Shown here: piece after piece, positions 23,236 through 34,100 of the stretch
Numbering within the stretch: the first letter of the stretch is position 1
Layout of the letters: each line of letters opens with the position of its first letter
DNA from: Dimorphilus gyrociliatus
Taxonomy: Eukaryota; Animalia; Annelida
Direction of reading: 5' to 3'
Length of the DNA stretch: 64,000 nucleotides
NCBI GenBank assembly: GCA_904063045.1
Contig: CAJFCJ010000007.1
Location: 1,570,873 to 1,634,872 of the forward strand
Notes under the pieces: model-generated
What the model was told of the DNA's origin: nothing
Seen by the model: the letters and a program-made list of their open reading frames with translations, nothing else
Databases searched by the model: none
Program-made: the position numbers and the translations under genes

Positions 23236-24702
23236 TTAAATATCTTTATTTGAATGCATAATTAACAAGAGTAACTCTTCCCCAAGGAATTGTAAGATCT
23301 GAATTTTCGTTCCACTGTTTTTGAAATCCCTGCGAAAAGCGTATTTCAAAAGTTTGTTACATTGTAAAAGATCCTTACTGAAAACTTTCTCCTATGGAAA
23401 GACCATGCTAATCCCCATCTAATTACTCGTCCTTGACAAAATTGAGTCAGGCCATAGCCACATATCTAGGAAAGAAATTTGTTAATATAAATAACTTATA
23501 TTGTAAAATAAAACAAACTAGATCATCCTCACTATTCTGACTGAAGTATCGTTCAAGAAAAGCAATAATTGGCAATACGCTTAATTTTTTTCCTATCATC
23601 GTTGTGTAAATTCTGTACTATAGAGAAAATTATAAAAGAATTCGCAAAATTTAATGCATATATATCATAAATACTTGACTCTTTTTTTCAAAATTAGGCT
23701 TTCTTCTATAATTTTTTTTACAAATGCTACTTCTCCACCCGTTGTTATCATTTCCACTGGAGCAGCTTTCTCCATATTCAGGTCGTCCACTTCATTATCA
23801 TGAAACGGGGGATTGCACATACAAAATTCATAAGTTTTTCCGTCTTCCAAAACATCAGAGAGAATTGTTGCATCATCAGACTTCTTAACAACTATAAAAT
23901 TGTCAGGAATTGGTTACTTAAGACAAAAGAATTTAAAAATTTACCAGTTATCATATCTTCCAGTGAATTAGTCTTTATATTTTTTAAGGCATACTCATAG
24001 TTTAAATGATCTATTTCACTTGCTCTGAATTGCCATCCGTTACGTGCTGAGGCGATTAAGGGATAAATGCAAGAAGCGCCGCATCCTAATAGTATTATGG
24101 TTTTTAGTGCATAGAAACTATTAATATGATTTTTGTTGGCTCACCAATATCAATGCCTGATACTTCTGGACAAACTGAAAGCATATCTTCAAGCCAGCAA
24201 ATATAGTTTACTCGTATTGTTAGAGCAGGAATAAGACGTCCTTCCGGTAGTGTTACTTTCAAAGAGAAGAAATGTTCCAAGAGTGATCTTGTGAGTTGTC
24301 TAAAACAAAACCACAGTTAGAGGTGGACAAAAAACATGTATATCTTAAAATAAACATTTATCAGTCATTTATCTAAAATTTTGTATCAGTTGCAACTGAA
24401 TAAACAGCACAGCATTCAAAATTAGCATGGTAATATAATCATGAAAATAATACTTTCTCTAAAAAAGTAAACTGTCATTAACCTCTTACATTTTTCCTCT
24501 TGAACATTTATTTTAAATTTCCCCAAACTATTATATTTTCCACATTCTTCAAAGTATTTATATTTCTTTGCTAATTCTTCGAAGCTGGGCCACTTAATTG
24601 GGTTATTCGGATGAATAAATGGAGAGAAAGCTGAAATGAAACGGTGAACGATAATAGAAGCTCTATACTTATAATAAAAAAACACATACATAAAGAATCC
24701 AT
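23236..24702 (-). CDS. METTL16: Divergent METTL16-type RNA m6A methyltransferase (catalytic domain only; 3' end approximate)
   Basis: PSFEELAKKY, LPEGRLIPALTIRVNYICWLED, GIDIGCGASCIYPL, GWQFRASEID, YEFCMCNPPF, GGEVAFV..II.ES, TTMIGKK, FCQGRVIRWGLAWSF. Confidence 0.85.
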
Positions 24703-24879
24703 TTACGGCGTTTGCTAATCCAAACAGGTAAAACTTAAAACAATCTATTTTGCAGTAAGTCAAGGATTAAAACTGAAGAGAGTTTGATAAATAAATTTAA
24801 AGACACGCTTGAGATTTCATTGGATCGCGCTGTAAGCGCACCATGGCGGGCAGAGCTAGAAACTGTTAGAAATTTCATA

Positions 24880-27037
24880 ATGTGTGATAAACTAAAAATC
24901 AACCAAAATTACGCTAAAAATTATGATAAATGGAGGTCTAAAGAGGAATATCAAAAATGTAAGTATTTATAGTTTCACACTTTTGAAATTTTTTATTAAC
25001 GATGAAATCCTCGTCGTTATTTTTTACAATTTGATGTCAATATTGAGCGATAATATGATTTTCACATAAAAGTAAAAGCACGTTATGGCGAAGATGCTGT
25101 CGAAAACGAGTCCTCATCATCAGACGAGAGTGACGAAGATTTAGCAGAGGTAAGACGGATATACAATTTGGAAAATATATAACTTTCTGCTTTCTGGCAG
25201 TACATAACACCCGAATTCGAAGAAAGATGGCTCACAACGCTGGAAGCCCTGAAAAAGCAAGATCCTAAAATTTATGACCCCAATGTAAAATTTTTCAAGG
25301 GTAAATTATTCAAATAAATAATATGATATAAAATCACATTAGCTCTTTTGCAGAAATTGACAAAATTGCAAAGAATGACAGCGTGGAGCCAAGGAATAAA
25401 GTGACTCTAAAGGATTATGATCGTAAGGTTATGCTAGAGAGAAAAGGAAAATATTCAGATTCAGAAAGTGATGGTGAAGATGAACAGAAAAAGCCAACAT
25501 ACGATGACGAACAACGGCATTTAAAAAATTCAATTAAAGATGCCATTGTGGATGAATCTTCAGAAGACGACGAGGATTTTTTTAAAAGAAAAGAAAAAGC
25601 ATTCGAGGATGGCAAAGAAAATGAAAGTAGCGACAGTGAAGATGAAGGTTTTTCCAGCTCCAAAAGACAAAGCTCAATAATTATAGGAAATGCTCCAGTC
25701 AAATCTGATGTTGAAAATAAAGAAGAGTTTTTGAAACAATATTTACTCTCTGGAAAATGGAGAGAAGTTGATGAAATCGAAGTTTCACATTTTCCTGATG
25801 AAGATTTTTCAGAGGAGGAAGAGCAATTAGAGAAAGAAGAAAAATTTGAACGAAAATATAATTTTCGTCATGAAGAACCTAACGCAACAACAATTACATC
25901 TTTTCCACGTGAAGTAGAAGATTCATTAAGAGAAAAAAGTACTAAAAGGAAGGAGAAACGATTAACTGTCAAAGAACGTCGCCTTGCGGAGAAAGAGAAG
26001 AAAAAGCAGGAACTGAAGCAACTTAGTAAATTGAAGAAAAAGGACATTGAAGAAAAGATCCTCAAGCTATCGCATACGGCTGGATTTGAAAAAGACAGCA
26101 AAACCTTTGATGAAAAAGATATAGAAAGTGATTTTGATGAAGAAAAATATGATAAAAAAATGAAGGAGTTGTTTGATGATCAGTTTTATAAAGTTGATGA
26201 TGACGAAAAACCAGTGTTCGATGATAGCGATAAATGCAGTGAAGATGAAGATTGGAATAAATATGTTGTTGAAACTGCTAATAGAAAAGCTGATGTTGAA
26301 CAAGAAAAAACAAAGAAGTCAAGAAAGAAGAAAAAAAAGTTAAAGTTTCGTGATGTTATAGAGAAAACGAAACCACTATTCGATCCAAGTAATATATAAA
26401 TTATAATTATAATCACTTTTCGTATTTAATTATTTTCACTGATATGGCAGATGACAAAACATTTGAAGAATACGCGAAGGAATATTATTCACTCGATTTT
26501 GAAGACGTTGTTGCAGATATACCATGCAGATTTAAATATCGGGAAACAGTACCTAATGATTTTGGTTTGTCACCAGAGGAAATATTGAAGGCATCCGATG
26601 TAGAACTTAACAAGTGGGTCAGTGTGAAGCGCATGTCTCAGTACAGAACAGAGAGGGATGAAAAGTATGATATGAAGAAATACTCCCGTAAAGCAGCAGA
26701 TTGGAAAAAGAAATCCTCAGTCATTCCAAGTTTGGTTAAAGAAGAGAAAGATAAGAATGAAAAAGAAGAGCAAAAATTGTCAAAAAATGTGAAAAGAAGA
26801 ATGAGAAAAAAGAAACAAGTTCGTAGCCTTCATAAACCATCACAAATAGAAGAAAATACGGCAGATGAGGCCGAAAAAATTAAAAATTCCAAAAGCAAGG
26901 AAAGAGCTGAAACTAAGAAACTAAATATCAAGGCAAAAAAGAAGAGAGTGATTGAGGATCGTAAGAGAAAGGGTTTAAGCGATGATCGTTTGGCAGCCTA
27001 TGGGTTGGATGTCAAAAAAATGAAATATACAAAATAA
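24880..27037 (+). CDS. KRI1: KRI1 homolog (40S ribosome biogenesis), 5 exons
   Basis: KLKINQNYAKNYDKWR.KEEYQK, PKIYDPNVKFF, KVTLKDYDRKV, KFERKYNFRHEEP..TITSFPREVEDSLR, Kri1_C-like EYYSLDFEDVVADIPCRFKYRETVPNDFGLSPEEILKA. Confidence 0.92.
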
Positions 27038-27270
27038 GGTCGCAATTTAAAAAATTTAAAGTCAAACTGTTCTTGACGATGTTAAATAAGTAGTCTTGTT
27101 CAATTGATGAATGTTTATCAAGAGTTTTACATATGTTGCGTTTTAGTATAAGCGAATACAAATTCAAAATATTCATAATCACTAAAATTTATTTAATTTA
27201 TAAGGGAAATTATCTTGAAAATCTAGGATCAAGGAAAATTGCTAAATCGAAAATACTAAATGGGAAAATT

Positions 27271-27906
27271 TTAAACGACATCTTGAAAGTTAATGTTGAA
27301 TTTATCAATTGTGCTGTTCATGCCCTTGACAATCTCCCCAAGTCCGTTTAAGTATTGCTTTGTATCATTGATAATTTCATCAATCGAGACCTGATCTTGG
27401 TTAAATGCTAGAGTCTTCAAAAGATCCTTTTTCCAAGGTAGTGTATGAGATATCATACTAAAAGCTTTTCGAGTGAACCAACCGTGGTATGTTTTCAAAG
27501 TTTTTTCATATGCAGTTTGACAGAACGAGGCTAGATTCTCAGTTTCTCCTCCCTTTTCATGATCCTCCACTATTTGCAACAGAAATATGTGCATGTATTC
27601 CAAAGCCCTTTTCAACCACAGAAAGGAAAGAGAAGAAGAATTTTTAGATTTTTCAGCTTGCCTCAAAATTTCGTCTTGTATAATATCGTCGAAAGTGCTA
27701 TACTTAGCTGTGTCTCGACTGAAGGCTTTGTGCAATATTTCAACATTGTTGCCTATATCGTTTTTTACTATTTTAAATGAAATTCCCAGTAAATCAAAAA
27801 ACGGTGGTATCTGTTTTACAGCACATAGAAAAGGGAGACATTCAATCTGTCCATTTTCAGGAATAGGCGGTAGCTTGGGATCTAGTTTAGCAAAGAAAGT
27901 CGACAT
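27271..27906 (-). CDS. GLTP: Glycolipid transfer protein, intronless
   Basis: VKNDIGNN, LWLKRAL, AYEKTLKTYHGW, typical GLTP-fold motifs. Confidence 0.88.
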   Translation of the reverse strand: MSTFFAKLDPKLPPIPENGQIECLPFLCAVKQIPPFFDLLGISFKIVKNDIGNNVEILHKAFSRDTAKYSTFDDIIQDEILRQAEKSKNSSSLSFLWLKRALEYMHIFLLQIVEDHEKGGETENLASFCQTAYEKTLKTYHGWFTRKAFSMISHTLPWKKDLLKTLAFNQDQVSIDEIINDTKQYLNGLGEIVKGMNSTIDKFNINFQDVV

Positions 27907-28109
27907 TCTAGCTGGAGTGTCAACTTTAACAGTTACGAAGGAAATATTATCTATTTAACTATTGGTTAAGGTTGGGAAAGTAGTGCCTCCTAGCGGTTGG
28001 CACCAAGTCGAACTTAAACCATAGTCTTATAAAAAACCATCTATTAATTTATATGTAACATATAAAGAATAAACCATAGAGCTTTTATTTTAATTAAGAA
28101 TATATCATT

Positions 28110-30180
28110 TTATACACAATTACGCCTATATATCCACTGAATAATGCTTAGAAGGAAATCACCCACTTCTATTAAAGTAATGACACTCATGCCAATCCAA
28201 AGGCCAATTGATCCACCAAAATCTGAAAGATACTGAGCCAGTTCATAGGATAGATCCTCATTAACCAATTGAAAGTTAAGATCTCTGTAAAATATGTTAA
28301 GTTTAATAAAATTTTCACGAAGAACTCTCCTTCTATCTTCTTTTTTAATTTGTTGTAAATAATAACAATCATGGGAATCCTCCTCACAAACTCTGTTAAT
28401 AAATGTGAACCATTTAGTCTCTGCTGGATAATCTTTCATAGACATTTCTAGATCATAATCAGTTGTATAACACGCTTTATCGCAAGAACAGTTTAACTTT
28501 GCATTTCGTATTCGGGTGAGAATTCTTACTTGACAATCTCGATCCCTTGTCTGATTTTCACTTTCACAAATGTCGGATAGAAGCTGATTATCATTGTAAT
28601 GCTCCATAAACTCGGGACGATGGCAATTACAATATTTATAAATCATCTGATCTTCACATAGAGAATTACATGCACCTTGTGTGTAGTTATAGGACAATTG
28701 TAAGTAATTTGTCTCTTCCTTGCACGTATGTTGTTGATATTTTAACCTTTGAATAAAAACTTTTTTTAAACCAATATCAATCTCCTTTCCAGGGGAGAGA
28801 GATAAGCCATTGTGATCAATATTTGGGTGGGAACCGAATTCACTAATAACAACCCTAGCTCCTGAAGCAGGAGTCAATTCTAGCGTATACTCGTTTCTTT
28901 CAAGATACAACAAGAGACTTAATCCATAGGTAGTGCCACTTCCCCGAACTCTTAGTCCTTGCGGTCTTGGTGACTTCGATCTATTAAGGAAATCATTGAA
29001 TGTGAAACAATTTCCATAGTCGTGCGATAGATAATCAGTAAAATTTCTGTTAAAAAATATTTCATTATTAAATAGAACATTAAGAGTAATTTCTTACTCT
29101 GTATCGCACTCTATACCATTAAATGCACAACTTAATATTAATACATTTTTCTGATGACCTAAATCGTATCTTAAACTGGAATCTAATAATCGAAGCGCTT
29201 TTGAGTAAGTCTCGTAGTTCCTATACTCTGTGGAAGTATTACCATAGCCATATTCTTCATTGGTTTCTGGATCCCTTTCATATTGTGGCGATTTTTGCTC
29301 AAGCTCAGAGCTTGAGTTGACATGAAATGGTTTTTTTGGTTTGGTGGATCTTTTTCGCCTTCGCTTATTGTTAGCTGGAGGGGGTCGATCTCCAGGATTG
29401 GTTTCATTTTTGGAATATTCTTCAGTATCTTTTAGCCCTAAAACATATTCTCTGAATGCATCAGGAACACTTAGGTTGGCAGAAAATACCAATGATTGTC
29501 TTAGAGCATTTTCATTGCACACACTTATTGAAGGGAATTGTAGATGCTCATATTTGATATTAACAGTCGTTGCGAGGCTGTAGCTCAAATAGTTTTTAGT
29601 CAATAACCACAAGTGCCACAGCATTGCACCAGTTCCCACCAAAAAAATTAGTATCTGTCGTTACAAAAGGAGATATATTTTTTTATGCGTAAAAAATTAT
29701 ATGAATAATTTAATAGACGTATCCTAGTTATAGTCTTTTCATATTGAAAGGTTACTGACCCAAAAAATTCTACCACTATAGGATCTAGATCTAAGCACAA
29801 AAGGTAATGCGTGCAAAGAAGTTGTGGAAACAAATGTATAAGCATCATCTCTTAATCTCTTCTTTTTCGGTTTTGAGCCACTATTGAGTATATTGTATAA
29901 ATTATAGATTATTTATTGTGCATATTGCAAAAAAAAACAAACTTTTTTATACTCAGAGCTTTATCTATTTCTAATTGTTCGGATGTTAAAGTCTCACTTC
30001 GTTGCTTCTTAGCATTTGATCTCTCCTAGTAAATATTTATAATAGTGTCATAAGTTTATTTAAGTATTAAACAGCACAAAAGAAATAAAATTGAAATAAA
30101 ACCTCAGAATTTGGATAACTATATCGGGAATTGCTTCTTGGGTACTGTCCGTCGTAAAATTGGGGGTGATTTCGATACAT
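28110..30180 (-). CDS. DEG/ENaC/ASIC-family sodium channel subunit, 5 exons
   Basis: TTSLHALP pre-M1, TM1 IFWILIFLVGTGAMLW, FPSISVCNEN, CAFNGIEC, YGNCFTFN, GLSLLL, GARVVI, Cys-rich thumb, YLSDFGGSIGLWIGMSVITLIE (TM2, GxS filter). Start MYRNHPQ at 30180 joined by phase-consistent introns. Confidence 0.9.
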
Positions 30181-31183
30181 AGTTCAGCTGGGCAGCAAAA
30201 CAAGATATATACTCGTCTTGTTGGTGCACAATATGCTCTAAAAGGCGTTGTTATATTTGCTAAACAACTTTTTGAATTTAAAACACTCTGAGAAGAAATT
30301 TCAATATGCTTCTCTTCAAAAATTGTCTAGTTTCATTGTTGTTCAATATTATATTATTGTTAGAATTGGGATAGTTTATTGATGTATACATGCTTAAGGT
30401 TTTCAATATGTTGAAAGTGCAATAATATATATTGTATATTAAATATATAATATATTTATTTATTTATTTATTTGAGTCATTCGTTCAAAAATTATCCACT
30501 GCCAAAGACTTTTACATTAAATAGTCTACGCTATAGAGAATTTATTAACATAACCCTATCATTTTATTACTTATCAACGTTTTGACATGTAACCGGCTGT
30601 AATTCTATTGACTAGCAATTATATGTAAATTTTGGTAAAAATTTCTGGTATGCGGTAAAAGCAACAATAGCTATAAATAATGTTTGGATATACGTCATAA
30701 GTTTTTACAATGATTCAAACCTAATCATTGTTGTTTTTAGTACATAGTACCTCCTGTTTACGTTGATTAAAATCTGAAAGAAAAAAACGGCCAATTTTTA
30801 TTGTCGCTTGCTTTTAATCCATAGCCATTAACTTATTATTTCTATCAATGCATTTTTTATAAATAACTATGGTATTCTATTGAGAAGTGAAGAATACTCT
30901 ATATTTTAGTTACTGTCAATTAAAAAAGGTATTTAAAATTTGCTAAAAATCTCATTTATTATTTCATTTATAGTTTAACGGCACGTTTTAAAATTTAATT
31001 AGCTTTGTTACTACAAAGCTCGTGTACAAACTGCGAATAAAAGATAAAAAAGAAAAATATTTCGACTGCATGTGAAGATGAATAAAAATCTCATGTATAC
31101 CATTATTATTAATATGCACAGTTTTTTTTGTTTATAAATAAATATACTCTCATTATATTATCTTTTAAAATGATTAATGCGCG

Positions 31184-34100
31184 CTAGGAGGCTTTTTGTT
31201 GATTGGCTAAAACGACTTTAAGTTCTTCTTCTGTTAAACCAGTTCTAGTTCTTCTCACTGTTTTAAGGAGAAAAAATGTTAGTAAGAACTTTTACAGGAG
31301 CTTTAAGCAGTATTAAGTATGCTTTAAGGATAAAATAACAAAAATAACACATTTTTGTTATCACAAAACTTGGAATTTCACAGCAGATCATGCTATAAAT
31401 TACCTGACTTCAGCTCTTACGCCAGTTCGGCTATAGATACGACTACCGTATATAAACTTATAAATTATGTGTAAGTGTAACACTTACGTGATTTTCTCGT
31501 TCCTCTTGCTCTTGCTCTACGCTGCCTTCTATTTGTTGGCATTGCTGTTACTCGTTTAACACAGGCCTCCAAAAGTGGATCACTTGCATCGGCATCTTCA
31601 GCTGTATCATAAACACTCTCACTGTCGTTTCGGGCTTGTCCCCTATCTACAGATTGACGTTTCCGTCTCTGGAGTTTTGGCGTTGAGTCACTTCCTCCAT
31701 TCAACAGAAGAGCTTTCATGAGTTCATCTTTATCACAACCTGCCCCTCCAGCCATGAAAGCTTCAGTATCAGTTATTAATTTGCCACGAGTTTTATTTCG
31801 TTCCCTTTGAGCTGCTTTCTTCTCTCTTTGCTTTTTAACTTTTTCTCGAATGGTTCTATATTCTAAAGCAAATTCCGCAACAACCTGACTAACACTGTTT
31901 ACTGAAGTTTCGCGAGCTTGCGGAGGTGTATAACCAAGATATAATAGAAACCCCTTGAATCTATTTAAAACACGGCGATGAATTATTTTGATAGCAACTA
32001 TTCTTTCTGCAGAAGAATATAAAAATTCCTTTAATTTCTCTAATAGTTGAGTTTTTCCATCATGCTTTAACAAGATAGCGTGATTGGCCATAGCCGTTTT
32101 ACAATCTCTCTCCAATTTCTCTAATTTTTTATCTAATTCAGACCAGTCAACCTTACCACATCGTGCAACTGATCCAACTTCTGAATATAAATCACTACAA
32201 TTCGGATACTGATCGAGCATTAAGTTTGTTACGTGGTGTAATAAAGTTTGTTTGTGAACAGTATCTTTAACTTCATTTACTTTTGATAAATAGTCTATTA
32301 AAAAGCCATGAACTTCTCGACCGTTTAAAAATGAGCCAATTGCCCTGAGAACTGCTAAAAGGCACTTGAAAGTTTTATTATCCTTTAAAACCTTCATACC
32401 GGTTTTTAAATCAACTAACGGTTCAGACACTTCAGCCTCAATTGTTTCATAATCGACTTTAAATAGCCAAAGTGTAAGGCGTTCTTCCAAATGAGATATG
32501 CTAGCCAAAGTTAAGAGAAACTGCTCTGCTGATCCCAATTGCCTATCACTGTTTTCCCTCTTTGCCTCCGTAATACCTGTTAAATTGACACAAAAAATTG
32601 CTATTTGATATTACGCAACTTTCTCAAGGATAATTTTACATACGCTCAATTTCCTCTCCAGTCGGTAACATTTGATGCAATATCTTATCAATGGCTTCTT
32701 TGTTTAAACAAGAAGAATCCATTTGCATAATAGCAGACCTTATTATTCTTTGAGGCGGGAGACCAGTCATTCCAATATTTATAGCATTTGAACGTCTAGC
32801 ATCCAAAACAGTTACTTCTTTTTTGTTATCCGCTTTCTGTTGAAAAATAGACTGAATGAAATAATTTCACGCTTTATAAACATATATTCAGGGATATTTG
32901 AAACGGAGGTGAAAACTTTTAACCAGAGTAATCTGTTGTACTTTGAATTCTTTTATATCGGGTACAAAAAGTATAGAAAAATTGATTGTGTATGTGTCGA
33001 TTTTTAAACCACCACCAAAAATAAACACCATTCGAAAAATTATAAAAAATATATTAATTCGACTTTTTAAATATAGGTAGTGATCTAGACTACCATTATT
33101 AAGGGAACGATGTAAAATTAAAAGAAAGGGTCAACAACCATAATACCTGTTGCTGTTCGAAAGATATACAACATATTAAACAGAGCATAATAATAGAGTT
33201 GCGTAGTCGATTTTAGCTATCAGATTTATATTACTAGATAGATAAAAATCATTAACGAAAACTTTTTTAACTAAAAAACTAGAATTTAATAAGAAATTAT
33301 TAATAGCTTGAATTAGAAAGACTAAAAACAACAAAACTCTTACCACAATTTCCTGAAAATGAAAGGGAATGAAAAGGAATCATGCAAAAAAAATTAAAAA
33401 AAAACTCAAGAAAACTAAAAAAATAAATTTAATATGGAAATGACTTTCACTTTTACTCATAAAAGTCTAAAGATAAAGAGGGCACTATCAAATTCTCAGT
33501 GTATGCAAGCCTGCAATTAACTAACCTTTGGTTTTAATTCTGATGCTCTAGTCTCAAACAAATGCTCTAAATGTAGTTGATCAATTTTTACTGGCTCTAT
33601 TTCCTTATCTAAATTTTCCCAAATGGATTTAAGATTTATACTCTTTTTCAACTGAGGCGCTATCACGTCTATTTCATTTGCTTGAATCTCTTTCCAATGT
33701 AACCTAATGGTCTTCTTATTCTTTGCAATTGTGTTTTTCGAAAGTGGTGGTGCCGGTGGAGGCATGTTCATTGGAGGAGGCGCTGGTGGTGGTGGTACTG
33801 CACCTAAGGATAATAAACTAATGTATTGATACATGACAAAATGAAATCAGGACGTTTACCTAAAAGCGGAGGTGGAACTGGAATACCAGGAAAGATTGGA
33901 GGAGGTTGAGGTGGTAGATTATTATCGACCACTTCCTCATCATCCTGAAATTCTTCTAAAACATCATCATCATCGTCAGACTCTAAATCATCGAAATCAG
34001 GCATCCTATTTGGATAGAAATACATTCAAATAGAATTTCCTGGTGATAAAAAGATATCTTCACCTGTTCATTTTTAGACAATCTTTAAAGCTTCTCATGA

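Noticed and set aside
24360-24445. C/D-box-like TGATTA and CTGA motifs in a METTL16 intron
   Set aside because: Imperfect C box, no convincing terminal stem and no guide I can match. A snoscan run would be needed.
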